This document shows positions 19,837-28,773 of a DNA stretch of 64,000 bases, piece after piece; position 1 is the first letter of the stretch; every line of letters begins with the position of its first letter. The stretch is taken from the NCBI GenBank assembly GCA_002349565.1, contig DEDN01000035.1, forward strand, positions 74,812 through 138,811, given 5' to 3'. The position numbers were made by a program, and so were the translations under genes. This DNA is from Alphaproteobacteria bacterium UBA2903. Its GTDB lineage: Bacteria > Pseudomonadota > Alphaproteobacteria > CAAGCB01 > CAG-977. The notes beneath the pieces are model-generated. The model was not told where the DNA came from. It made no database searches and saw nothing but the letters and a program-made list of their open reading frames with translations.

Positions 19837-20370
19837 ATGAAAAAACTTCTGATTTCTTTGTTGGCGATAAGCTTGGTCGCGGCATGTTCCAAATCCGACG
19901 AACAGGATAAAACGGGATGCGCGAAAGTGGATTTGCTGCCGCGCAAGGTTGCGATTGATGCGGCGCAGTACAAACCTTATGAGGGCAAAGGCAAATCCGA
20001 ATTGCACGGAAAGCTGTGCGTTTCCGTCGGCGAGGGGCAGGAATGTCTGGCAAATCAGCTGATTGTGCTGAATCCCGTTACGGACTATTCGACCGAATGG
20101 TTTTCGCGCAACTGGACGAAAAATGAACCCTTGCAGGAAGCCGATCCGATCGCCAAAGAACACAACAAAACGACAAAAACGGCTCAGGACGGCAGTTTTT
20201 CGTTCACCGATTTGCGTCCCGGAACTTATTATGTCGGCGCGGTAGCCGATCCGTGCGAAGCGGGACGTCAAAAACAAAACGACAGCTTCAAATACCAGCG
20301 TTTGGGCAGTAAAGTTACCGCTATCGGAAAAACCGAAGTGACGCTTAGAAAAGTATACGAAGCGAACTGA
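19837..20370 (+). CDS. Lipoprotein with carboxypeptidase-regulatory-like beta-sandwich region
   Basis: An RBS (aagggag) precedes the ATG at 19837. A lipobox (LVAAC) is present, and DGSFSFTDLRPGTYYVGAV resembles the CarboxypepD_reg fold. Confidence 0.5.
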   Translation: MKKLLISLLAISLVAACSKSDEQDKTGCAKVDLLPRKVAIDAAQYKPYEGKGKSELHGKLCVSVGEGQECLANQLIVLNPVTDYSTEWFSRNWTKNEPLQEADPIAKEHNKTTKTAQDGSFSFTDLRPGTYYVGAVADPCEAGRQKQNDSFKYQRLGSKVTAIGKTEVTLRKVYEAN

Positions 20371-20384
20371 ATCGATTTTTAATG

Positions 20385-20413
20385 AAAAAACCCCTTCAAT
20401 CGAAGGGGTTTTT
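20385..20413 (+). terminator. Rho-independent terminator
   Basis: The hairpin aaaaaaccccttcaatcgaaggggttttt is flanked by A and T runs. Confidence 0.7.
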
Positions 20414-20431
20414 GCGTAAGGAACACAAAAA

Positions 20432-21682
20432 ATGCTTTGGATGAATACAGTACTTTTGGCGGTTGTTGCCGGATTGCTGCTGCTGCGCAAAAAACAGGCA
20501 CCTGAAACAGCGTTTTTGAACCGCCGTGTCGAGGAATTGACGGCTGAAAATCAACGCTTGACGGCGGAAAAGGAAACGCTGATTCGGGAAACGGCGGAAC
20601 TGAAATCGGATGCGGGGCATTTGAACGAACGTGTTGAGGAATTGCGCCAAATGCGCGAATCGCTGACCGTGCAGTTCAAAGCGGTGTCCGCCGACCTGTT
20701 GAAAACGCAAACCGAAAACCAGCAGCAGAGCATCGGACAGATTTTAACCCCGCTGAAAGACCAGCTGACCGCTTTTCAAAAAGGCATGGACGACTTTAAA
20801 CAGGTGCAGGCTACGGGGCGCGGACAGTTGGACGCTCAGCTGAAAAACCTGTTGGAAATGAACAGCCGTTTAAGCGACGAAGCCAAAAGTCTGGCGAACG
20901 CCTTGAAAGGCAACACCAAACATCAGGGCGACTGGGGTGAAACGCAGTTGGAACGCGTGTTCGAAGTCGCGGGATTTCAGCGCGGAATCGATTACTCGGT
21001 ACAGGAAAACGTAAAGGATGAAGACGGACATAACAGAAGACCCGACTATGTTGTGAATCTGCCGAACGAGCGCCGCTTGATCGTGGACTGCAAAGTGTCG
21101 CTGAACGCGTACACCCGTTATGTGAACGCAGACAATCCCGACGACAAAAAACGCTATCTGGCGGAGCATGTTCAGGCTTTGCGCACCCACATCAAAGGAT
21201 TGTCGGGCAAGGACTATCAATCCAAAGTCAAAGATTCGGGGCTGGACTACGTTTTTATGTTCATCCCCATCGAACACGCGTATTTGGCGGCTTTGCAAGC
21301 CGACCCCGACATTTACGAAGCGGCGTACAAAGCCAATATCGCGATTACGACGGCATCGTCTTTGCTGCCGATTTTGCGCACGGTCGAAAATATGTGGCGC
21401 ATCGAACGGCAGAACAGGAACGTTCAGCAAATCGCCGACATCGGCGGAAAACTGCACGACAAGCTGGTTGCGTTCGTCGAGGATATGCAGGATATCGACA
21501 AGGCATTGGGCAAGGCGAAAACCAGCTATGACAACGCGTTTAAAAAACTGTCCGAGGGCAAGGGGAACGCTATCGGTTGGGCGGCGAAGCTGAAACAGCA
21601 GGGGGCGAAAGCGTCCAAAGATTTCAATGTCGATTACGACGATGAAGACGTGCCTCTGATTGAAAACGGGCAGCCGCAATAA
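20432..21682 (+). CDS. rmuC: DNA recombination protein RmuC
   Basis: An N-terminal TM segment and coiled coil are followed by the conserved RmuC core (GDWGETQLERVFEVAGF, DYVFMFIP). Confidence 0.85.
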   Translation: MLWMNTVLLAVVAGLLLLRKKQAPETAFLNRRVEELTAENQRLTAEKETLIRETAELKSDAGHLNERVEELRQMRESLTVQFKAVSADLLKTQTENQQQSIGQILTPLKDQLTAFQKGMDDFKQVQATGRGQLDAQLKNLLEMNSRLSDEAKSLANALKGNTKHQGDWGETQLERVFEVAGFQRGIDYSVQENVKDEDGHNRRPDYVVNLPNERRLIVDCKVSLNAYTRYVNADNPDDKKRYLAEHVQALRTHIKGLSGKDYQSKVKDSGLDYVFMFIPIEHAYLAALQADPDIYEAAYKANIAITTASSLLPILRTVENMWRIERQNRNVQQIADIGGKLHDKLVAFVEDMQDIDKALGKAKTSYDNAFKKLSEGKGNAIGWAAKLKQQGAKASKDFNVDYDDEDVPLIENGQPQ

Positions 21683-22185
21683 TTTTGCGCGTACATGTGC
21701 GTTTCTTTGACCTGCCGTTGGCGTTCCTGTTCCAATCCGCCTTTGCGCCAGTTGGTTGAATCGTAAGGAATGCCCGTTTCGGCGGCGGCGGTTTCGGCGG
21801 CGGCGTTGACTTGATTTAAATCTTTGTACCGCGACACGCCAAGGACGGACGAAAACGCGTCAAAGCCGTTTTCCTTGGCATAAGCGGCGGCGCGGCGCAG
21901 GCGGAACAGAAAGCACACGGAACACCGTTTGCCGCGTTCGGGTTCGGCTTCCAATCCTTTGACCGCTTCCAGCCAATCGGCGGGATTGTAGGGCAGTTCG
22001 ACAAACGGAACGCCCAAGCTGTCGCAGAACCGCTTTTGTTCGTCGCGGCGTTTTTCGTATTCGGCGCGGGGCTGAATGTTCGGGTTGTAGAACAAAACCG
22101 TCATGTCCGCGTGTTCCCGCGCGGCTTTGGCAATCACGGCGCACGAACACGGTGCGCAACAGGACAAAAGCAGCAGTTTGGGCAT
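21634..22185 (-). CDS. queH: Epoxyqueuosine reductase QueH (DUF208)
   Basis: The N-terminus is MPKLLLLSCCAPCS with conserved Cys. The protein is about 184 aa and the 3' end converges on and overlaps rmuC. Confidence 0.7.
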   Translation of the reverse strand: MPKLLLLSCCAPCSCAVIAKAAREHADMTVLFYNPNIQPRAEYEKRRDEQKRFCDSLGVPFVELPYNPADWLEAVKGLEAEPERGKRCSVCFLFRLRRAAAYAKENGFDAFSSVLGVSRYKDLNQVNAAAETAAAETGIPYDSTNWRKGGLEQERQRQVKETHMYAQNYCGCPFSIRGTSSSS

Positions 22186-22541
22186 AAGGAAGTCCTTAAT
22201 ATAAAATCGAAAATAAAAAATCGAAATCACGAGGAGCAAAGCGACGTGGTGCTTCCGTATAAGCGCGCCTGCATCCTGAGATCGCCACAGCCCTGAAAGG
22301 CTTCGCGATTTCGGACGTTTTTTTCGTGCGGGATTGGTGTTTGTCAAACACGTCCCGAGATTGCTTCGCGTTGCTCGCAATTTCGAGTTGTTGTCGTCAT
22401 CGCAAGGAGGGCGGAAGTCCGGTGCGGCAATCCATTTGCGGGATGTTGCCGCAAATGATTGCTTCGTTCACTCGCAGTTAAGCCAAAGAAATACCGTCAT
22501 CACGGGCGCAATGACGGCTTTTCTTTTCGATTGCGGAAAGC

Positions 22542-22802
22542 TTACTTTTTCGCAGCGGCTTTTTTCGCCGGAGCTTTTTTCACCGCTTTTTCAGCCTTTT
22601 CGGCTTTGGGCGCAGCCGCTTTTTTGGCGGGTTTCTTTTCTTCGGCTTTCGCTTCCGTGCATTCGCAAACACATTCACAGCAGCATTCGCCGTCGGCGCA
22701 GGCTTCCGCTTCCAACCAGCATTCGACGTCCGCACCTTCGGGGCAACCGTTGTTCAGCCATACGAAGTAGGCGGCTTCGCGGATTTTATCTTCGTTACAC
22801 AT
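22542..22802 (-). CDS. DUF2934 domain protein with Cys-cluster and lysine-rich histone-like tail
   Basis: IREAAYFVWLNNGCPEGADVECWLEAE matches the DUF2934 pattern. This is followed by CADGECCCECVCEC and KAPAKK repeats. An RBS (ggagaa) precedes the ATG at 22802. Confidence 0.55.
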   Translation of the reverse strand: MCNEDKIREAAYFVWLNNGCPEGADVECWLEAEACADGECCCECVCECTEAKAEEKKPAKKAAAPKAEKAEKAVKKAPAKKAAAKK

Positions 22803-22900
22803 ACTTATTTCTCCCAAAACGAGTTATGATACAGCTTGATTTGACTTCACGCTTCTATAGTTGTACACGATTTGCCGCGAAAACTCAATACAAAAAGGAA

Positions 22901-23515
22901 TTAAACGAATTTGAACGCTTTGACGTTCCATTCCGAACACGTCCAGCCGCTGCCGTCGTTTTCAAAAACGCATACGCCGCCCGTCGCGACTTTGATGTCG
23001 TGCGTTTGGCAAAAAGCGTCGTAGTCGCCCGTCAAATGCGGCGCAAAACGGATGATGCCGTTGGAGGATACCAGCAAAACCGTTTCGCCGTCGGCAACGG
23101 AATCCGCAAACGATTTCCAAGCGGCGACGATTTTGTCGGGGTCGACTTTCCAGCCCTGCGGCACAACGGCTTTGGCGTTCCACAAATCAATCGCGTCCTG
23201 TCCGATGCGGGCGACGACTTCGTCCTCGGTTTTGTTTTCGTCGGGACCGTAGTCGACTTCCGTAAAGTCGGCATTCGGGACGACGGGCAAATCAAGCCCC
23301 AATTCCTCGACCGCCAAAGACGCCGTTTTCATCGTTCTTTGCAAAGGCGCGGCAAAGACTTTCGTCGGAATTAGCCCTTTGGCTTTCAAGTATTTGCCGA
23401 TGCCGCGGGCGCGTTCTTCCTCGACCAAGGGTAAATCGGTTCCCGCGCCGACGCGGGTCGGGGTTTCGTCTTTGCGAAAAGTGTTGCCGTGACGGGCGAT
23501 AATCAGTCGTTTCAT
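22901..23515 (-). CDS. Histidine phosphatase family protein (phosphoglycerate mutase-like)
   Basis: The RHGNT catalytic motif is present at the N-terminus (MKRLIIARHGNT) and the protein is about 204 aa. It overlaps the upstream kinase gene. Confidence 0.65.
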   Translation of the reverse strand: MKRLIIARHGNTFRKDETPTRVGAGTDLPLVEEERARGIGKYLKAKGLIPTKVFAAPLQRTMKTASLAVEELGLDLPVVPNADFTEVDYGPDENKTEDEVVARIGQDAIDLWNAKAVVPQGWKVDPDKIVAAWKSFADSVADGETVLLVSSNGIIRFAPHLTGDYDAFCQTHDIKVATGGVCVFENDGSGWTCSEWNVKAFKFV

Positions 23516-24147
23516 TGTTCTTTCCATGCTTTCAAAAAGGTGAATTTGTCCGATGTTTTTTGCAGTTCGGGCAGTAAAGTTTGCAGCGTTTCCCACCGTT
23601 TCATCACATTTTGCGGTGAAAAATAACGGTCGCGACGGGCAAGCCGCGGCAAAACCAAAGGCGGTTCGGCGGAAATAAAACGGATTTCCACCGTGTACCC
23701 CAGTTTTTTGATTTCTTCGTACAGTTCCAAGTGCAAAGGGCTGGCGTTCGAGTGTTCAAACACAATCGGCAGGCGGGCTTTGACGGCTTTTTTCAAAACG
23801 TGATAGCCGATAAAGCGCGCGGGCAGTTCCCAGCGTTCAAACGCCCGCTGTTTGTCGGTTTTGACTTCGGCTTGATAGGGGGGCAACTGCTCCATAATCG
23901 CGTCAAAGCTTAAATACAAAAAGTGCGGGTTTTCGGCTTTGAACGCCGTTGCCAAAACGGATTTTCCCGACGCGGGCAGTCCCGAAATGTTAATCAAAAC
24001 GGGGGAAGCGACGGGAAAAACACCCGCCAGATGCCGCGTCAAAACCGCCCGTATGTCGGATTTCAGCGAAAACGGCGTAAAACCGTCGGGCAAAGTTGCT
24101 GACAGAGACCGCGTTCCCAAAATCCGATTGATGACGTCCTGCAGCAC
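23512..24147 (-). CDS. P-loop kinase (zeta-toxin/AAA_33-like)
   Basis: A Walker A motif (ISGLPASGKS) is present. The protein is about 211 aa and its start/stop codons overlap both kdsB and the phosphatase. Confidence 0.5.
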   Translation of the reverse strand: MLQDVINRILGTRSLSATLPDGFTPFSLKSDIRAVLTRHLAGVFPVASPVLINISGLPASGKSVLATAFKAENPHFLYLSFDAIMEQLPPYQAEVKTDKQRAFERWELPARFIGYHVLKKAVKARLPIVFEHSNASPLHLELYEEIKKLGYTVEIRFISAEPPLVLPRLARRDRYFSPQNVMKRWETLQTLLPELQKTSDKFTFLKAWKEQ

Positions 24148-24969
24148 TTAGACGAGTTCCCCGTATTCGGCGATAATCGCTTCGACGCGGGCGACGTCTT
24201 CGGGGGAATCGACGCCGCTGGTCGTTTTGCGTCCGCGGTAGTCGACTTCGACCATTTTGACTTTTTTGCCGTTATAAAGGAATCTCATCTGTTCCAAGCC
24301 TTCGATTTGATCGGCTTCATACGGCGACGGGGGCAGGGTGAAGTAATCTTTCAGCGCGTCGAACGTGTAAGCGTACAGTCCGACGTGACGGCGGACGGGG
24401 CTTTTTTCGGACAGCTCGCGCGCTTTTTCGGGTTTGCGCACGGCGGGAATCACGTTTTTGGAAAACGCCATCGCGTAACCCGCTTTGTTGACCAGAACGG
24501 TCGTACCCGAATAAGGAGTCGTTTTTTTGGATTCCAGCAGACGGTCGTATTCCTCCCAATCCAAATGGACGCACGGCGTAAACACGTCGGCGGGGCAGGC
24601 TTTCCACGCGTCAATCAATTCTTGCAGCAAGTGCGGCGGGCAAAGCGGGTTGTCGCCTTGCAGATTGATGACGAAAGCGGGACGGACGGATTCTTTTTGC
24701 ACGGCGTCCCAGCAGCGTTCCGTTCCCGATTTGCAATCCGCGCGGGTCATGGTGAAAGGAATGGCAGCAGCTTTGCAGAAATCGGCGATTCTGTCGTCGT
24801 CCGTCGCCACGGCATAAGCGCAGTTTTCGTTGTGTTTGCAAACAAAATCGGCAATCATCGCCACGCGTTTTATCATTTCGACGCCCGCGATTTTGACCAG
24901 CGGTTTGCCGGGCAGACGGGACGACTGATAACGGGCGGGAATGATGATGAGAATCTTGTCGGATGTCAT
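24148..24969 (-). CDS. kdsB: 3-deoxy-manno-octulosonate cytidylyltransferase-like (CMP-Kdo synthetase family)
   Basis: IPARYQSSRLPGKPL, GTER and LQGDNP are motifs of the KdsB family. Confidence 0.7.
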   Translation of the reverse strand: MTSDKILIIIPARYQSSRLPGKPLVKIAGVEMIKRVAMIADFVCKHNENCAYAVATDDDRIADFCKAAAIPFTMTRADCKSGTERCWDAVQKESVRPAFVINLQGDNPLCPPHLLQELIDAWKACPADVFTPCVHLDWEEYDRLLESKKTTPYSGTTVLVNKAGYAMAFSKNVIPAVRKPEKARELSEKSPVRRHVGLYAYTFDALKDYFTLPPSPYEADQIEGLEQMRFLYNGKKVKMVEVDYRGRKTTSGVDSPEDVARVEAIIAEYGELV

Positions 24970-25121
24970 AAGAAAGCCTCCTGAAAATATGGTTGTTTCA
25001 GTCTAAGCGTCAAAAGGGGCAAGTCAAGCGTTTTTACATCGTTTATTTACTGGAAAAAAATCTTTCGGTTGTGTATCTTAGAAGCTACATTTTGATTTTT
25101 AACCGCTGAAAGAGTTTTCCC

Positions 25122-27233
25122 ATGGGACGCGAAAGAAAATTTAAACCCAAAGCAACCCCCGTTTTGACGGGTTCCGATGTCGGCACAGTCAGCAAACGCG
25201 GCTGGATTATCAAGGAAAAACATAACCATTTGATGGATTATGCCGCCAGTTCGCCGATTACCATCGAACACGTCAGTCCGCAAATCGACGCGGGACGCTA
25301 TGCCGTCAAACGCGAAGTCGGCGATACAATGGACGTTACGTGCAGTATCTTTAAAGACGGGCATGACTTGATTAAAGCCGTCATTCTGTGCCGTTTGGCG
25401 GATTCGGACGAATGGTGGGAAACACCGATGACAGAGGTCAACCACGGGCTTGCCCAATGGTACGGTCAGCTGTGGTTCGGCACGAACGCCCGCTATATCT
25501 ATACGATTGAAGCTTGGGTTGACGAATACGGCACTTGGCTGGACGGCACGACCAAAAAGCTGGAAGCGGGACAGGACATTTCCCTTGAATTGGTCGAAGG
25601 CGCGGATATGGTGCGCAAAACCGTCGAACGCTTGAAAACCATCAAGGACGTTCGCGACGAAGACGCGCGCAAAGCCGATTTGGCTTTGCTGCAGGACGCT
25701 TTGAAGCGTTTTGACGAAAACGAAGACATGTACCAATGCGCCAACATTCTGATGGGCAATGACGTTTCCGAGGCGATGGACCGCTGGCCCGATCGCGAAA
25801 AGGCGACGCGCTATGACCGCGAGCTGGAAGTTTACGTCGACCGCGAACGCGCCCGATTCGGCGCATGGTACGAAATGGACGTCCGTTCGCAAGGCTCCGT
25901 CCCCGGCGTTCACGGCACGTTCAAAGACGCGGAAGCCCGTTTGCCCGATATTCAAGCCATGGGATTCGACGTGGTTTACATGCTGCCGATTCATCCTATC
26001 GGCTACGCGCACCGCAAGGGCAAAAACAATTCGCTGGTGTGCGAACCGGACGATGTCGGGTCGCCTTACGCCATCGGTTCGGCGGAGGGCGGACACCGCT
26101 CGATTCATCCTCAGCTGGGGACGATGGACGACTTCCGCTCCTTTGTTGCCAAAACGCACGAATTGGGCATGGAAGTCGCCATGGACTTTGCGATTCAATG
26201 CTCGCCCGACCACCCGTGGATAAAGGAACATCCCGAATGGTTCACTTTCCGTCCCGACGGCACGATTAAATACGCCGAAAATCCGCCCAAGAAATATCAG
26301 GACATCGTGAACGTGAATTTCTACGGCGAACATTCCGAGTCGCTGTGGCTGGAACTGCGCGACACGTTTTTGTTCTGGGCGAACGAGGGCGTGCGCATTT
26401 TCCGCGTCGACAATCCGCATACGAAATCCGTTCCGTTCTGGGAATGGGTGATTCGCGAAGTGCAGAACGTTTATCCCGACACTTTGTTTTTGGCGGAAGC
26501 GTTCACCCGTCCGCCCATGATGCAGATGTTGGCGAAAGTCGGCTTTACGCAGTCGTATTCGTACTTTGCATGGCGCGAAAGCAAAAAGGACTTGGAGGAA
26601 TACTTTACGGAACTGACGCAGACGGACGAAAAAGAGTTCATGCGTCCGAACCTGTTCCCGACGACCCCCGACATTATGCCGATGTATTTGCATGACGCGC
26701 CGCGTTCGGCGTTCATTATCCGCTTTATTCTGGCGGCGACGCTCAGCCCGTCTTACGGTATGCTGAACGGCTACGAACTGTGCGAAAACGACGGTATTCC
26801 GGGGCGCGAGGAGTTCAATAACTCGGAAAAATACGAAATCCGCACGCGCGACTGGAACGCCGAGGGCAACATCAAGGACGTTGTCGCGGCAATCAACTGG
26901 ATTCGCGGTGAAAACTACGCTTTGCAGGAGTACGAAAACCTGCGGTTCTACACGTCGGAAAACGACAATATCATTTTCTACGGCAAAATGACCGAAGACA
27001 GAAGCAATATGATTTTTGTCGCGCTCAGCCTTGACCCGTATCACGGACAGGCGGGGCGGATTTGGTTTCCGACAGAGGAAATGAACGTTGCGTTCGGCGG
27101 ACGCTTCCATGTCGAAGAACTGCTGAGCGGACGCGAATTCGACGTGCGGGGCAATGAATTGTGGATCAACCTGTATCCTGCGGGAAATCAGGCGGAAATC
27201 TATCGCGTGACGACGATTGACCGCGCGTGGTAA
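25122..27233 (+). CDS. glgE: Alpha-1,4-glucan:maltose-1-phosphate maltosyltransferase GlgE
   Basis: The protein is about 700 aa with a GH13 catalytic domain and a GlgE-type N-terminal region. It is followed by maltokinase and glgB in the same orientation. Confidence 0.75.
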   Translation: MGRERKFKPKATPVLTGSDVGTVSKRGWIIKEKHNHLMDYAASSPITIEHVSPQIDAGRYAVKREVGDTMDVTCSIFKDGHDLIKAVILCRLADSDEWWETPMTEVNHGLAQWYGQLWFGTNARYIYTIEAWVDEYGTWLDGTTKKLEAGQDISLELVEGADMVRKTVERLKTIKDVRDEDARKADLALLQDALKRFDENEDMYQCANILMGNDVSEAMDRWPDREKATRYDRELEVYVDRERARFGAWYEMDVRSQGSVPGVHGTFKDAEARLPDIQAMGFDVVYMLPIHPIGYAHRKGKNNSLVCEPDDVGSPYAIGSAEGGHRSIHPQLGTMDDFRSFVAKTHELGMEVAMDFAIQCSPDHPWIKEHPEWFTFRPDGTIKYAENPPKKYQDIVNVNFYGEHSESLWLELRDTFLFWANEGVRIFRVDNPHTKSVPFWEWVIREVQNVYPDTLFLAEAFTRPPMMQMLAKVGFTQSYSYFAWRESKKDLEEYFTELTQTDEKEFMRPNLFPTTPDIMPMYLHDAPRSAFIIRFILAATLSPSYGMLNGYELCENDGIPGREEFNNSEKYEIRTRDWNAEGNIKDVVAAINWIRGENYALQEYENLRFYTSENDNIIFYGKMTEDRSNMIFVALSLDPYHGQAGRIWFPTEEMNVAFGGRFHVEELLSGREFDVRGNELWINLYPAGNQAEIYRVTTIDRAW

Positions 27234-28771
27234 AAACAGGGAGGAAGACTTTGGAAAATAAAACGGAAGTGTCCGCTTGGTTGGCGGATAAAGCTTTCAA
27301 ACAGACGTTTTGCGGGGCTTTGGAAAGCTTTTTGCCGACCAAACGCTGGTACAGTGCAAAAGACAACACGATTAAAGCCGTTGATGTCGAAGCCGTCGCG
27401 CCGATTGACGCGAAAACGACTTTTGCGGTTGTCAGGGTTGAATTGAACGGCGGGGACGCGCCGATGTTCATCATTCCTTTGCGCGCCGCATTCGGTGAAC
27501 AGGCAAAAGCGGTCAATCCGGACGCCGTCATTTGTTCCGTTGAAGACGGTGTGGTCTTTGATGCCGCGGGCGAAAGCGATTTTTCCGCGGGCGTGCTGGG
27601 TTTGATGGCGAAAGACGCGATGCTTGCCGTCGGAAACGGCTTGACTTTCAAAGCGTCCGCCACGGCAAAAGGCAAGGCTTTGATTGAAGCCGTCGCGGGA
27701 CTGCCGCAAAAGATGATGGGTGTCGAACAAAGCAACACGTCCTTGATCGTCGGCAAAAAGATTATGCTGAAAGTCTACCGCCGCGTCGCTTACGGCGAAA
27801 ATCCCGAAATCGTTACGTCCGCATTTTTGACGGAAACGGCGAAGTTCGAAAACACGCCCGCTTATTTGGGCAAAGCCGAGCTGGTGAGCGCCGACGGCAA
27901 AATCTTGGGTGTCGGCATTTTGCAGGCTTTTGTCGCAAACGACGGTGACGGCTGGGGCTTTACGATGAACTATCTGCAATCCGTTTTCGCCAAAGTGAAA
28001 AACGGCGAAGCGATTGACCACGCCGACTATCTGAAAACGGCGGCTTTGCTGGGCAAGCGCACCGCGGAAATGCACAAGGCGTTTGCCAAAGGCACGGACA
28101 AGGTGTTCGCGCCCGCGCCCGTGTCGCCCGCCGATTTGACGGATTGGACGGCGCAGGTTGTCGCGCAGGCGGACAGAACGATTGCGGTGGCGAAAGCCAA
28201 CGTCGCGCCTTTGACGGGCGAAATGCGCCGCAAAGTCGAAAACCTGATTGCCCGCCGCGATGCGATTGTCGAACGAATTAAAGCCTTGGTTCCCGCAAAC
28301 GTCAAATGCATGAAAACGCGTTTCCACGGGGATTACCATTTGGGACAGGTGGTTGTCGCGAACGGCGACTTTTTCCTGCTGGATTTCGAGGGCGAACCTT
28401 TGCGTCCGATTACGGAACGTCAAATCAAGCATTGCGTTTTGAAAGACGTTGCGGGTATGGTGCGGTCGTTCGACTATGCCGCGTTCGGTTCGGTGCTGAT
28501 GTTCGTCGCCGAAGCCGACAGACCGCAAATGCTGCCCGTCGCCGCCGAATGGCAAAAACAGGCGACAGAAGCGTTTTTAAACGGCTATTTCCAAAATATG
28601 GCGGGCTGCGCGTCTTTGCCCGACAAGGCGGCGGACACGCAAAAGCTGCTTGACCTGTTTATTTTGGAAAAAGCGCTGTACGAAGTGATTTACGAAGTCG
28701 CGAACCGTCCGGACTGGCTTGCCATTCCGATGAACGGTTTGTCGCGGCTGATTGACCTTGACGGAGAATAA
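27227..28771 (+). CDS. mak: Maltokinase (Mak/Pep2)
   Basis: HGDYHLGQVVV and DFEGEP are motifs of the aminoglycoside-phosphotransferase-like maltokinase. An alternative TTG start at 27251 has a better RBS (GGAGG). Confidence 0.65.
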   Translation: MVKTGRKTLENKTEVSAWLADKAFKQTFCGALESFLPTKRWYSAKDNTIKAVDVEAVAPIDAKTTFAVVRVELNGGDAPMFIIPLRAAFGEQAKAVNPDAVICSVEDGVVFDAAGESDFSAGVLGLMAKDAMLAVGNGLTFKASATAKGKALIEAVAGLPQKMMGVEQSNTSLIVGKKIMLKVYRRVAYGENPEIVTSAFLTETAKFENTPAYLGKAELVSADGKILGVGILQAFVANDGDGWGFTMNYLQSVFAKVKNGEAIDHADYLKTAALLGKRTAEMHKAFAKGTDKVFAPAPVSPADLTDWTAQVVAQADRTIAVAKANVAPLTGEMRRKVENLIARRDAIVERIKALVPANVKCMKTRFHGDYHLGQVVVANGDFFLLDFEGEPLRPITERQIKHCVLKDVAGMVRSFDYAAFGSVLMFVAEADRPQMLPVAAEWQKQATEAFLNGYFQNMAGCASLPDKAADTQKLLDLFILEKALYEVIYEVANRPDWLAIPMNGLSRLIDLDGE

Positions 28772-28773
28772 GC

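Noticed and set aside
22334-23374. 346-aa plus-strand ORF
   Set aside because: It spans the intergenic region and the antisense of the DUF2934 and histidine-phosphatase genes. It is Arg-rich and has no start context.
25047-27110. 687-aa ORF on the minus strand
   Set aside because: It is the antisense shadow of glgE in GC-rich DNA, and its translation has no protein-like features.
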